Origin: Candidatus Methanosuratincola verstraetei
GTDB taxonomy: Archaea; Thermoproteota; Methanomethylicia; Methanomethylicales; Methanomethylicaceae
Length of the DNA stretch: 64,000 nucleotides
Reading direction: 5' to 3'
Assembly (NCBI GenBank): GCA_049570475.1
Contig: CP186953.1
Coordinates: forward strand, 448,001-512,000
Position numbers and translations under genes: made by a program. The notes beneath the pieces are model-generated. The model made no database searches. It was given only the letters and a program-made list of their open reading frames with translations, and had not been told where the DNA came from. Within the stretch, counting starts at the first letter, position 1. Every line of letters starts with the position of its first letter. This document shows, piece after piece, positions 18,236 through 28,439 of the stretch.

Positions 18236-19267
18236 ATGAGGTTTGATATCGCGTTCATAGGTTTCGGGACGGTCGGCAGGGGTTTCGCAGACCTCTTGCT
18301 TGAGAAGAGGGAGTTGCTCAAGGAAATCGGAGTCGAATGGAAGGTCGTTGCCATATCGGACATAAAGGGAGGATCCGTGTTGGACCCCAGGGGGATCGAC
18401 CTGGCCGAGGCGGTCAGGCTGGCCGATTCAGGCAAGGGCATCGAGGGGATCGGCGGGGAGAAGAAGGGGCTGGGCGCGCTTGAGACGATAAGGGAGAGCG
18501 GCGCCAACTTCGTCGTGGAGGTCACATGGACCAACATCAGGGACGGCGAGCCGGGATACTCCCACATAAGGACCGCGCTCGAGATGGGGAAGCACGTCGC
18601 AACCACCAACAAGGGGCCGATCGCGCTCCACTACAGGGAGCTGATGAGGATCTCTTCGGAGAGAGGCGGGAGGCTGAGGTTCGAGGGGACTGTGCTCAGC
18701 GGGACCCCCGTCTTCAATCTGTTCGACGGGCCGCTCTCAGCCAGCAGGGTCACATCAATAAGGGGGATAGTGAACGGCACTACCAACCTCATACTCTCAG
18801 AGATGGAGAAGGGGAGGGGCTACGCGGATGTCCTGAAGGAGGCACAGAGGATGGGTTATGCGGAGGCGGACCCGACTATGGACGTGGAGGGCTGGGATGC
18901 AGCCGCCAAGGCAGCCATTCTAGCCAACCACTTCTTCGGGGCAGACATCAAGCCAGAGAATGTGGTAAGGAAGGGCATCTCAGGGCTAACGCTAGAGGAG
19001 GTCACAGGCGCGATAAGGAAGGGCGGGCGGATCAAGCTCCTTGCGAGGGCATGGAGGGACGAACGCGGAGAGGCTAGGGCTGAGGTATCGCCCACCTGGC
19101 TCCCGGCGTCCGATCCCCTGGCTAGCATCGGGGGCGTGTCCAACGCGCTGACGTTCAGCACCGACACGCTGGGCGAGGTCACGATCGTAGGCCCGGGCGC
19201 AGGCAGGAGAGCCACTGGGTATGCGCTGATGGCAGACATGATCAGCATTGCGAGGAGCCTCGCCTAG
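18236..19267 (+). CDS. hom: Homoserine dehydrogenase
   Basis: GFGTVG, TTNKGP, FEGTV, GIVNGTTN, GYAEADP..DVEG.D, GPGAG. Confidence 0.96.
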   Translation: MRFDIAFIGFGTVGRGFADLLLEKRELLKEIGVEWKVVAISDIKGGSVLDPRGIDLAEAVRLADSGKGIEGIGGEKKGLGALETIRESGANFVVEVTWTNIRDGEPGYSHIRTALEMGKHVATTNKGPIALHYRELMRISSERGGRLRFEGTVLSGTPVFNLFDGPLSASRVTSIRGIVNGTTNLILSEMEKGRGYADVLKEAQRMGYAEADPTMDVEGWDAAAKAAILANHFFGADIKPENVVRKGISGLTLEEVTGAIRKGGRIKLLARAWRDERGEARAEVSPTWLPASDPLASIGGVSNALTFSTDTLGEVTIVGPGAGRRATGYALMADMISIARSLA

Positions 19268-19366
19268 CGCGCAAGGCACCTCCAATTTTTAGGTTAATGG
19301 GAGGTAGCCCTCCCACCAATGACGCGAAATAAATAAAAATAACGTCGGACTTGCAGCATACGGAAA

Positions 19367-19441
19367 GGGCTGGTAGATTAGCGGCAGATCACCTGCCTTG
19401 CACGCAGGGGGTCGTGGGTTCAAATCCCACCCAGTCCACCA
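19367..19441 (+). tRNA. tRNA-Ala(TGC), CCA encoded
   Basis: Cloverleaf with CCTGC-CTTGCAC-GCAGG anticodon arm and the G3:U70 identity pair. Confidence 0.97.
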
Positions 19442-19681
19442 TCCATCTGCTTATAAAACAGGTATTCGAAAAAGGATTCCAAGCCAATTTGACTTTTTTT
19501 GGAGCGCCCGAAACGGGACATGCTTTAATCTCCGACTGTTCGGATGGCACGAAAGTCTTTAGCGTTTTGCATCATCCGGGGAAGGCTGCGGATCAATGGA
19601 TGATTGTGCGGAAAAAAGGCAAATGCAATGCTTTCTGGATGAGTGAAGGAAAATAAAAAAAAGAAAGGGAGTTTTTGGCTA

Positions 19682-21931
19682 TTAATAGACTATCGGGTAA
19701 CAAGGAGCAGGGCATACGAAGTAATACCAGTTGTTATTCAGCCCGTCGCATAGATCCTTCCAGTAAGCCTGGGCAGCCTTGTCCGACCCTGAGAGCGCTG
19801 CGTTGGCGTTCTCAATTATCTCGCCGATTGAAATGAACCCGGTCGGCACGTAAGATGAGGGTCCAACGTATACCATCGTGGAATTGGAGAGGAAGCTCTT
19901 CTGGACGTTGAGCATTGTGCCGATCAGCTGGGCTGAGAGCATCCAGCTCATGTCCTTGGCGTTGGCGCTGAGCAGGTAGTTCCTGATCTGGGATTTTGCC
20001 GTGCTGAGATCGCTGCTGAAGGGCGGGTACGCCCACCCGGACGGCTTGTAGAGGTTGAGGGCATTGAGCTTGGCGACGTCGTTTATGTTGATCAGCGCCT
20101 GACCGTTCTTGTTAGACCAGAAGCCTATCGTCTTGCCTCCGTGACCTGGATCAAGGCAGACGTTTCCGAATTTGACTGGTTGGGCCGTCCCTGGCACCTC
20201 GACGGTGTAGCAAGTTGCGGTGGTGTTGACCCAGTTGACTGGCATTACCTCGCTCACTTTGTAGGTGCCTTCAGGGACTGTGAAGCAGACCCAGCCAGTC
20301 GCATTCGTAAACTGCTCGTCGATAAGGGTGCCGTTCGCGTAAAGGAGCTGTATCTTGAATCCCTCGACCGCCGGCTCGCCTTCGTCCCAGACTCCGTTCA
20401 GGTTGGCGTCGTAGAACTTGAAAGCCTCGATGCGGCCGTAGACTGTCACTGTCACGGTCCAAGAATCGCTGCCAGTCGTTCCAGTGTCGCAGGTCTCGAA
20501 TGATGCGGTGTTGGTTAATTTGTATGTGCCGGGCTCACCGCTGAGTATCCATCCATAGGAGTACCCGAAAGTGTACGGCAGCTCATCTTCAGCGCGCACT
20601 TCGCCAAGGTAACCATAGTTGTCGTCCGTAACGGATATGCACTCGTCAATTTCATTGATCTCAGCCTTGGTAAAGTCCACACACGCCGCCGCGGTGAAAC
20701 TCGTGGTGCCGGAAGGAACTTTCTCTGCCCACCCGTACTCATAGTTCTGCATCGTAACCGTCACAGTGTTAGTGCGAGACGAGTTGTCGGGGAGGCTGGC
20801 AGTATAGGTCCCAGTTAAAGTTCCACCGGCTGGAAGGGTGTACGGGAAAGTTACTCCGAAATCAACAGTGGCAGGTATATCCGGAGAGACTATGTCTGCT
20901 ATACTGTTTATTACAGCATCTATGGGTGCGGGATTTTCAACGGTAATAGTTCCTGTAACGGTCCAATCACTGTCGGTGTACGAGGCGTCCACGGTAACCT
21001 CATAGCCCACAGGCAGGGTTTCCGGGACTTCTCCTAACATGAACTCGACTTCGGTCAAGTTGCCGACTTTTTCTATTGTCCAAGAGTAGGTCCTGGTGAA
21101 AGAGGTCTCTGCGGTCTTATTTACGCGGAGCGCCCAAATATTGACGCTGCTGGTGTCCCAGGCCTCGAGCTTAATGTCGCCATAGTAACCCGATGCTGTT
21201 GCGTTGTTCGTCAGTACCCCCACATCTCCAGCTGAGGCTATGTAATACGCTTTGAAGATCCAAGTCTCGCCCGGATCGAGGAGATTATTACCGTTAGTGT
21301 CGCCGGTCACGTAGGTCGCGGACCCTGTGACGTTGTCAATAACAGTCACACCGCTTAACGGGACGTTGCCGGGTTGCACCGTGTAATTGTACCATATCTT
21401 GTCGCCGACGAACGCGTCCTCCACACTGGCGATTTTGTCGATTCTTATTGATGGCGCGGCTAGCGCGAGGTCCCAGCAGAAGGTCACGTGCGAAACGCCG
21501 TAAGGTTTGTTGTTGTTGGGGTTATTCGGGGCATACAGCCCAGTGTCGGAACCCACCTGCGGATCATAGCTGAAGATATTGGCAGAGGTCCCGCCCTTGA
21601 CTATGACGCAGCCGATGGGGTTTGTAGCCGACCAGTCAAAGTGTGTCCCATTGTTGTTGCTAATCGTTATCGTGTTGGTGTGGCCATCAGGGAATGCTGC
21701 AACGACGGTATAATTAGTGCCTACCGAACTCCAATCGATCTTGTAGCTGTACTGGTACGTTTTATTTGTATAAGTTGATGCCTGGCAGCACTCGGACGTT
21801 GCATTACCGGCTTGCCAATTTCCCACGGTTATTGGCTCCACCGAAGCGCCGAGGATCGGCAGCACAGCCATAGGCAGTACCGCCGTGATCATAATTGCAG
21901 CGGCGATTAGCCCTGCGAATATTTTTTCCAT
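19682..21931 (-). CDS. Large secreted multi-Ig-domain surface protein (DUF11-like and SdrD-B-like repeats)
   Basis: Signal peptide MEKIFAGLIAAAIMITAVL; Thr/Asn-rich; YNYTV..GNVPL..V...LDPGETW repeat; FYDANLNGVWDEGEP Ca-binding-like motif; TIGFW domain; SD GGAGG. Confidence 0.8.
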   Translation of the reverse strand: MEKIFAGLIAAAIMITAVLPMAVLPILGASVEPITVGNWQAGNATSECCQASTYTNKTYQYSYKIDWSSVGTNYTVVAAFPDGHTNTITISNNNGTHFDWSATNPIGCVIVKGGTSANIFSYDPQVGSDTGLYAPNNPNNNKPYGVSHVTFCWDLALAAPSIRIDKIASVEDAFVGDKIWYNYTVQPGNVPLSGVTVIDNVTGSATYVTGDTNGNNLLDPGETWIFKAYYIASAGDVGVLTNNATASGYYGDIKLEAWDTSSVNIWALRVNKTAETSFTRTYSWTIEKVGNLTEVEFMLGEVPETLPVGYEVTVDASYTDSDWTVTGTITVENPAPIDAVINSIADIVSPDIPATVDFGVTFPYTLPAGGTLTGTYTASLPDNSSRTNTVTVTMQNYEYGWAEKVPSGTTSFTAAACVDFTKAEINEIDECISVTDDNYGYLGEVRAEDELPYTFGYSYGWILSGEPGTYKLTNTASFETCDTGTTGSDSWTVTVTVYGRIEAFKFYDANLNGVWDEGEPAVEGFKIQLLYANGTLIDEQFTNATGWVCFTVPEGTYKVSEVMPVNWVNTTATCYTVEVPGTAQPVKFGNVCLDPGHGGKTIGFWSNKNGQALININDVAKLNALNLYKPSGWAYPPFSSDLSTAKSQIRNYLLSANAKDMSWMLSAQLIGTMLNVQKSFLSNSTMVYVGPSSYVPTGFISIGEIIENANAALSGSDKAAQAYWKDLCDGLNNNWYYFVCPAPCYPIVY

Positions 21932-22398
21932 TTTTTTTCCTCCTTTTTGAAAATCCAAGATCAAATTCCCACACGTCCTATTTATCTTTATCCAAATTCA
22001 AATTTTCGATTTCTTAATTTGTTTTTTAGTAAAGCAATTATACAGTTTTTGTTATTTCTGTAATATTGTAAAACAGTAGAACAATAATATGCCTCTTTGC
22101 AGGCACGTGAAAGAGCCCCAGCATTCAAAGGAAGAAAGGAAAAATCGCCTCTAGTGGATTGCCGCCGAATAAACCTGAACGGCACGATGTGGATTGGTCA
22201 AACCGGCAGTGCATCCAGCACCCAAGTCGCTTAACCAGAAAGGCGCAGGGAACGTAGCGCCTGCATACGCACTGCGGGTGTGGCTGACCCGGGTCCAGCG
22301 CAGCACAGCGAAATTATCTTGGGGTCTAGGGTAGAACCGATATTTTAATTAATTCGGAACGGGCCCCGCTCTTAAGTAGCCAGGGTCTGCGAAGCCGC

Positions 22399-22656
22399 CT
22401 AGGACTTCTTCCAGGCGTCGTTGGAGAACTCTATCGCCTCGATGACCCTCACACCCAGCTCGGCGTCGGTGCATTCCTGGCAGTACATCACAAAGCCGTC
22501 GAAGGCGAAGAAGTGGACATTCTTCACCCGGTATATCCGCTGCGGCTGCGCTATCCTGACCATCTCCAGGAATTGGTCCCTCCTGAACTTCACGCGGTAC
22601 GAGCTGGACCTCTCCGCCTCCTCTGCGGCTGCGGCGGCTCCCCCTCCGTATGCCAT
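22399..22656 (-). CDS. Small hypothetical protein with a poly-Ala N-terminus
   Basis: 85-aa ORF with genome-typical codon usage and an upstream GGGGG SD-like element. Confidence 0.65.
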   Translation of the reverse strand: MAYGGGAAAAAEEAERSSSYRVKFRRDQFLEMVRIAQPQRIYRVKNVHFFAFDGFVMYCQECTDAELGVRVIEAIEFSNDAWKKS

Positions 22657-22747
22657 ATCCGAACCCCCTGGATCATATGCGCCAAAAGAGATAAGAGGCT
22701 AACTGAAAGGGGGCGTGAAGGGTGCCACTTACCCTCTAGTGTGAGCG

Positions 22748-24568
22748 CTATTTTTGCCTCTCAGTGCCGCTGGAAGCGGGAAGCACCAGCATGAAAGTCG
22801 TGCCCGCGCCTTTTGAGCTCTTGACCTCGATCCTTCCCCCAAGCCCCTCGACGAGCCTCTTGCACACCGCCAGCCCGAGGCCCGTGCCCTTGGCTTTTGT
22901 GGTGAAGAGGGGCGTGAATATCCTCTTCAACGTCTCTTCGTCCATTCCTACCCCTGTGTCCCGAACCTCGATCCTGAGCTCTCCCCCCGAAAGGGATGCC
23001 GCGAGCGTGAGCGTGCCCCCGTCGGGCATCGCCTGCAGGGCGTTGTTCACCAGGTTGTGGAGTATCCGCTTCAGGATCTGCGGATCGGTGAGTGCGCGCT
23101 CTGCCCCCGGCTTGATCTCTATGTCTACCTGGACGTCCTTTGGGATTTTCAGTTCGTCGAGAAGGTCCTTGAAGAGCTGCCCAAGATCCACCTCCTCCTT
23201 CTTGGCGTTAAATGGCCTTGTGAAATCCTGGAGGTCAGATACAATCTTGTCCATGTACGCAACATTGTCCCTGAGCCGCTTCATCCACTTCGAAAGCGCC
23301 TCCCTCTTGTCAGGGGGGAGAGAGGATCCCTCCTGTTCCATCAGGTAGGCGATGTTCATGATGGACTGGAGCGGGTTCCTCAGGTCGTGGCCAACCATTG
23401 CCGCTGTCTCCCCTATCGCGGCGAGGCGCTCCTTTTCCCTCAGCTTTGCCGTCTGCTCCTCCACAAGCTCCTTCAAGTGGGCAGCATACCTCTTGAGCTC
23501 TTCAGAGGAGCTTTCCAGCGAGGAGAGCATCCAGTTGGCGCTCTTTGCCAGGTCCGATATCTCGTCATCGCCCTCTTCCCGGACGCGCCTCGAGAAGTCT
23601 CTCCTCTCGCCTATCTCAATTATCTCATTCCTGAGCCTGGAGATCTTCCTCATGAATCCGATTTCGATGAGTGCATAAAGGGCTATGAAAGAAAACGAAA
23701 GGGTCAGAAATGCGCTAGAGACCGAATGTGCCAGTGCGGCAAGGCTCGTCCTATAGAAATGCCGGTCGAGTCTGACTCCCAATGCCAGCGAAGGGCTCCC
23801 GGACACGTCCTTGATCATGGCATAGCCCAAGACCGTGCTTGAGTTGATAGGTACGATGGCAGTCCCCCCGGAGGCGAGAGCGTCCTTTGCGGAGGCGAAC
23901 TCCTCAGGGAGCGCAAGCGAGTCGTACGGCTGCAGGGAGACGGGCAAGAGGATTGTCTGGGAAATTGAGTCCACGGCACGCTGGTCAAGAAACCTCCCCA
24001 TGAATAGTGCGCCAGCAGGTGGGCCCTCCCTTGAGCTCTTCAGAACAGGCTGCACAGAGAATAGCATCGGACCACCCGGAAGCACCAGTATCCCGCTTTT
24101 CCCGCCCTCCATCGCCAGGGAAGCCAGCCCGCCCAGCTCTTCATGAAGCCCTTCAGGGAGCGGGATCTCTTCACTGTTTTCATAATCGTAGGCTTTCCCG
24201 AGGACAAGCCCCCCATCCGGATCGAGGAAGAGCATCACATTCACCTTAAGCGATTCAAATGATCCTGGGACGACGTTGGACTCCGGATAGCCGGCATAAT
24301 TGCCCTGGAGAAACTGGTAAGTGTCGTCCCAATACGCCCAGTCCTTTGTGGAGGACTCGATCTGGGATATGCTGATGTTGATGACGTTGAGCGCCCTCGT
24401 CAGCCCCTCGCCAACCTCCTCGCTCTCAGCCCTCTCGAAGGCAGGCAGGACAAACACATTGACTGCCGCCACGATGACCAAGAATGCGACGACCGCGATT
24501 GCTGCCAGAGCGAGTGAGATCTTTACCCTCATTCGCATTTCGATCATCTTTCTAGGGGTTTGTTTCAA
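22748..24568 (-). CDS. Membrane sensor histidine kinase (CHASE4-HAMP-HisKA-HATPase)
   Basis: DWAYWDDTYQF (CHASE4), DEISDLA (HAMP), GHDLRNPL (H box), N/G1/F/G2 boxes NALQA, DTGVG, FTTK, GTGLGL; exact start uncertain. Confidence 0.93.
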   Translation of the reverse strand: MKQTPRKMIEMRMRVKISLALAAIAVVAFLVIVAAVNVFVLPAFERAESEEVGEGLTRALNVINISISQIESSTKDWAYWDDTYQFLQGNYAGYPESNVVPGSFESLKVNVMLFLDPDGGLVLGKAYDYENSEEIPLPEGLHEELGGLASLAMEGGKSGILVLPGGPMLFSVQPVLKSSREGPPAGALFMGRFLDQRAVDSISQTILLPVSLQPYDSLALPEEFASAKDALASGGTAIVPINSSTVLGYAMIKDVSGSPSLALGVRLDRHFYRTSLAALAHSVSSAFLTLSFSFIALYALIEIGFMRKISRLRNEIIEIGERRDFSRRVREEGDDEISDLAKSANWMLSSLESSSEELKRYAAHLKELVEEQTAKLREKERLAAIGETAAMVGHDLRNPLQSIMNIAYLMEQEGSSLPPDKREALSKWMKRLRDNVAYMDKIVSDLQDFTRPFNAKKEEVDLGQLFKDLLDELKIPKDVQVDIEIKPGAERALTDPQILKRILHNLVNNALQAMPDGGTLTLAASLSGGELRIEVRDTGVGMDEETLKRIFTPLFTTKAKGTGLGLAVCKRLVEGLGGRIEVKSSKGAGTTFMLVLPASSGTERQK

Positions 24569-25006
24569 GGTTCTTTAACCTTTCTAGACCAAACAGCAAG
24601 CATATAGAAGGTTTCCACGCGCCACCAATCCACCTTCTGCCCGGATTGCCTGCCCATCTATTGGGCGGCGCCGGCAAAGAGCCTGAGGGGGCTGGTCAGG
24701 GCTGCGGCGTGCACTTAGCGGGAGGTGAGGAAATAGGGGCGTCGGGCTCAGCCACGGCGCCCCAAATGGGGGGGCATGCACTTTTTATGCCTTCCCCCAA
24801 GCCACGGGATTCGGATGGGTTCACCCATTTTACAGCAGTATATGCCTGGACCCGCCCCCAATCTGAATTCCAGCCCATGAGCGACTGGCCTGGGCTTGAG
24901 GAGGAAGAGGGGATGCAGCCATTTAGCGTGCCCAGCTTGCAGCGATCAAACGAATATCCCCCCACGGATTTTGCGCGATAATTTTTTTTACGGGCTGCGA
25001 GAGAAT

Positions 25007-25441
25007 ATGCTTATGCTCCTAGGATTGGTCGCGCTCGCTTTCATCATTGCAGCACTCCTGGCAATGTGGGCGCTGGTATCCATCCCAGTGTACCTCGCGG
25101 CTAAAGCCTTAACGGGGGGCAGGGCCTCATTGGCCGGGGCAATGGTTGCGACGCTTTTCGGCGCCATAGTGTATTCGTTTGTTGCCTGGCTAGGTGCGAT
25201 CTTGTTCTGGGCATTTTTTGGCGCGGGATCCCAACTGCTCGGTTCAATAGTGGCATTCCTGGCACTGCTCTGGGTCTACAAGTCCGTTTTCAGGGTCGGG
25301 TGGCTGCAGGCCTTCGGCGTGGCAGTGCTTGCCATCGTGATCATGACTGCGATAATGTTCCTGATAGGCGCCATCGCGTCTATTCCGGTATTTGTGCTGA
25401 GGGCTACGCCGCCCTGGTCCGGATGGGGAATCCCTTTGTGA
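25007..25441 (+). CDS. Hypothetical 4-TM membrane protein
   Basis: Highly hydrophobic ORF with an upstream T-rich TATA-like element. Confidence 0.7.
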   Translation: MLMLLGLVALAFIIAALLAMWALVSIPVYLAAKALTGGRASLAGAMVATLFGAIVYSFVAWLGAILFWAFFGAGSQLLGSIVAFLALLWVYKSVFRVGWLQAFGVAVLAIVIMTAIMFLIGAIASIPVFVLRATPPWSGWGIPL

Positions 25442-25490
25442 AGGATCAAAAACTATTTTTGAACCGCAGACCGATCTATTCGGGAGGAAC

Positions 25491-27500
25491 ATGGGAACCA
25501 GAAGCGAGTTTTTCACAGTCTGCCCCCGCGACTGCTACGACACATGCGCGATGATAACCCGCGTGGAAGGGGGGCGGATCGACTCGATCAGGCCTAGGCT
25601 GGACCATGGTCTAACCCGCGGCTTCCTCTGCAAGAAAGGGCAGAGGGCGCTCGAGTACGTCTTCTCCCCTGAAAGGCTCAAGTACCCGCTCAGGAGGGTC
25701 GGGAGGAAGGGCGAGGGGAAGTTCGAGAGGATCAGCTGGGACGCCGCGCTGAGCCTCATCGTGGAGGAGATGGAGGGTGCAATCGAGGATCACGGGCCCG
25801 AATCGATCCTCCCGTACAGCTATGCAGGGCACATGGGGCTGATGAACAGGTATTTCCCGCAGAGGCTCTTCAATCGCATCGGCGCATCGGACCTCGAGTA
25901 CACGATCTGCTCCTCCGCGGGGAAGGGGGCGCTCAGGTACCACTACGGCACGTCAGCCGGGATGGATCCCGAAGACCTTGCCAACTCGTCCCTCGTCGTT
26001 GTCTGGGGGATGAACCCAGCCTGGACCGCGCAACACATCTACCCGATCATCGCGAGGTCGGGCGCAAAGGTCGTTGTGGTCGATCCTGTGAGGACTGAGA
26101 CTGCGGATCGTGCGGATTTGCACCTCCAGGTGAGGCCTGGGACGGACTCCGCGCTCGCGCTGGGCGTGATAAATTACGCGGTCAGCCACAACCTCCATGA
26201 CCAGGAGTTCATCAGGGAGCACACTGTAGGATTCGAGATGCTCGCGCGGAGGGCCTCCGGATTCACAGCCGAGAGGGTCTGCGGCATCTGTGGGATTGGC
26301 GAGGGGGATTTCCTCGATTTTGCGGACGGGTGCTGCAGGGAAAAGCCAGCCGCGTTCCTGATCGGGCTCGGCATCCAGAGGAACCTCAACGGCGGCGAGA
26401 TGGTCAGGGCGATCTCCCTGATCCCGGCGGTTACCGGAAATATCGGCAGGAGGGGAGGCGGGTTCTTCCACTCAAACTCGGCTTACTTCACTGCGGACCC
26501 CACGGTGGTCGCGGGGTTGCCTTCGAGAAAGAGGAGGGAAATAAACATGGTCAGGCTCGGGGAGGCCCTGACCGGCGAGGGGCTGGACCCGCCCGTGAAG
26601 GTCCTTTTTGTTTACAACTCCAACCCGGCTGCGGTATGCCCAGACCAGAACAGGGTGAGGGAGGGGCTCTCCAGGGAGGACCTCTTCACGGTCGTCCACG
26701 ACCTCTTCGTCACGGACACCGCGGACTATGCCGACCTGGTCCTGCCGGCCACAAGCTTCCTCGAGTGCTTCGACATCCACTTCGCATACGGCGGGCTTTA
26801 CGTGGCAATAAACGAGAAGGCGATCGATCCGATAGGGGAGTCGAAGTCGAATTATGACCTCTTCAACGAGCTCTCGGCGAGGATGGGCTACCCGGATCTC
26901 TGCGAGAGCCCGGAGAGCGTAGCGCGGAGGCTGCTGGGGACAGGGTCCGGCTACATGGAGGGGATAACGCTGGAGGAGCTCATGGAGAAGGGCTTCGCCA
27001 GGCTGAGGACGCCCCAGATCCCGCACGTGGCCTTCTCTGATCTGAGGTTCGGGACGCCGTCGGGAAAGATCGAGCTGTGCTCGAGCCTCGCCCAGGCGGA
27101 GGGGATCGACGGGGTGCCTGGGTTCAAGGAGATCAAAGGCGATCACCCGATCAGGCTGCTCTCGCCGTTCCACAGGGACCTCTCCAAGTCCCAGTACCAC
27201 AACATCGGGGCGATCTTCGGCGGGGATGCCCAGATCGTAGAGATCAGCCAGGAGGACGCCGCCGCAAGGGGGATCTCTGACGGTGACCGTGTCAGGGTAT
27301 TCAACGCAAGGGGCGACTGCGTCATGAGGGCAAAGATCTCGCCGAGGGTGAGGAGGGGGGTGGCGGTGACCCACGGGATAGCCTGGCCGAAGCTACTCGA
27401 GGGCGGGAGGAACGTGAACTTCACCACCAGCAGCGAGACGTCGGACATCGGGGGCTGTTCGACATTCCACACGAACTTCGTCGAGATAGAAAGAGCTTGA
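25491..27500 (+). CDS. Molybdopterin (bis-MGD) oxidoreductase, DMSO reductase superfamily, no TAT signal
   Basis: CPRDCYDTC...LC 4Fe-4S motif, RLKYPL, TICS ligand region, DTADYAD.VLPA, TPSGKIE, C-terminal molydop-binding domain. Confidence 0.92.
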   Translation: MGTRSEFFTVCPRDCYDTCAMITRVEGGRIDSIRPRLDHGLTRGFLCKKGQRALEYVFSPERLKYPLRRVGRKGEGKFERISWDAALSLIVEEMEGAIEDHGPESILPYSYAGHMGLMNRYFPQRLFNRIGASDLEYTICSSAGKGALRYHYGTSAGMDPEDLANSSLVVVWGMNPAWTAQHIYPIIARSGAKVVVVDPVRTETADRADLHLQVRPGTDSALALGVINYAVSHNLHDQEFIREHTVGFEMLARRASGFTAERVCGICGIGEGDFLDFADGCCREKPAAFLIGLGIQRNLNGGEMVRAISLIPAVTGNIGRRGGGFFHSNSAYFTADPTVVAGLPSRKRREINMVRLGEALTGEGLDPPVKVLFVYNSNPAAVCPDQNRVREGLSREDLFTVVHDLFVTDTADYADLVLPATSFLECFDIHFAYGGLYVAINEKAIDPIGESKSNYDLFNELSARMGYPDLCESPESVARRLLGTGSGYMEGITLEELMEKGFARLRTPQIPHVAFSDLRFGTPSGKIELCSSLAQAEGIDGVPGFKEIKGDHPIRLLSPFHRDLSKSQYHNIGAIFGGDAQIVEISQEDAAARGISDGDRVRVFNARGDCVMRAKISPRVRRGVAVTHGIAWPKLLEGGRNVNFTTSSETSDIGGCSTFHTNFVEIERA

Positions 27501-28074
27501 GGATCCCCTCCGCGATCGAGAGGTCTTCCCTTGTGTTTACGTTTAGGAAGGTCCAAGATGGCATCTGGGCATCCTCAATGCTGACGAAAACCGGATCCAT
27601 CGCCCCGCAGAGGTCCCTCATGCTGCAGATCCCGTGCCCCTCCGGGAGCCTAGGTATCGAGTAGATCGCAGCCAGGGGCTCGATGTACCCGTTCCGCCAC
27701 GCAGGGACCGCCGCACCGTGTTCGCCGATCCTCGAGAGCAGCAGTTCGGGGAGGCGCGGGTCGAGGAAGGGCATGTCGCAGCCCATCAGGAAAACGAGGT
27801 CGCCCCGGATCTTCCTCAATGAGCATGCAATCCGATCCGGTAGTCCCCCGCGATCATCGTCGAGGATAAGCCGGGGGGCATCCTCGCCAACGAAAATCGA
27901 GGGAGGGAGCTGGCCAGGATCCCTTGCGAGCAGGTATACCTCGCCGGATGCACGGAAGGCGTAATCTAGGGCGTAATCTAGCAGCCTGGCACCCCCCAGC
28001 TCCACGAAGGGCTTCGGAGAGCCTAGCCGGACCGAGGATCCGCCCGCCGCGATCGCCACCGAAAGCTTCCTCAA
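27421..28074 (-). CDS. mobA: Molybdenum cofactor guanylyltransferase
   Basis: IAAGGSSVRLG.PK, GCDMPF, EPLAAIY, FLNVNT.ED; TTG start overlaps the upstream TGA. Confidence 0.88.
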   Translation of the reverse strand: MRKLSVAIAAGGSSVRLGSPKPFVELGGARLLDYALDYAFRASGEVYLLARDPGQLPPSIFVGEDAPRLILDDDRGGLPDRIACSLRKIRGDLVFLMGCDMPFLDPRLPELLLSRIGEHGAAVPAWRNGYIEPLAAIYSIPRLPEGHGICSMRDLCGAMDPVFVSIEDAQMPSWTFLNVNTREDLSIAEGILKLFLSRRSSCGMSNSPRCPTSRCWW

Positions 28075-28439
28075 AACGGGAGACCCACGGGCTTTATCTC
28101 TAATGGGAACTGATCCTTGAGGGTGAAACGGTGCGTCGGTGGGATCGACTTCTCGTAGTGCATGAAGCTCCCCTCCTTGCCCTCGAAGAGCTTCTTCACC
28201 TCCTCGAGGGTCGTTCCCTTTGTCAGCGAGTCGATGCCCCCGTGGAGGTCGGTGTAGTCGTCGTAAAGCCTCGGGCGCTCTGCCTCGATGATCTGGACTA
28301 TCTTCCCCTTCCCATTCAGGTGGTCTTCGTCCCATTCGGTCTCGTCCACAAGCACCTTGAAGGTGCCCGAGGCGTAGGACTTCCTCCACATCACGCACTC
28401 GTAGGTCACCAGCTCTGTGAAAGTGTGCTCCCTGATCAT
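28071..28439 (-). CDS. Hypothetical protein (122 aa), translationally coupled to mobA
   Basis: ORF with SD GAGGGG and genome-typical codon usage. Confidence 0.75.
   Translation of the reverse strand: MIREHTFTELVTYECVMWRKSYASGTFKVLVDETEWDEDHLNGKGKIVQIIEAERPRLYDDYTDLHGGIDSLTKGTTLEEVKKLFEGKEGSFMHYEKSIPPTHRFTLKDQFPLEIKPVGLPF

Noticed and set aside
22186-22340. Possible c-di-GMP-type riboswitch (GGTCAAACC...GAAAGG)
   Set aside because: The paired GAAA hairpin and GCAAA junction of the consensus cannot be built, and the orientation does not lead into a gene
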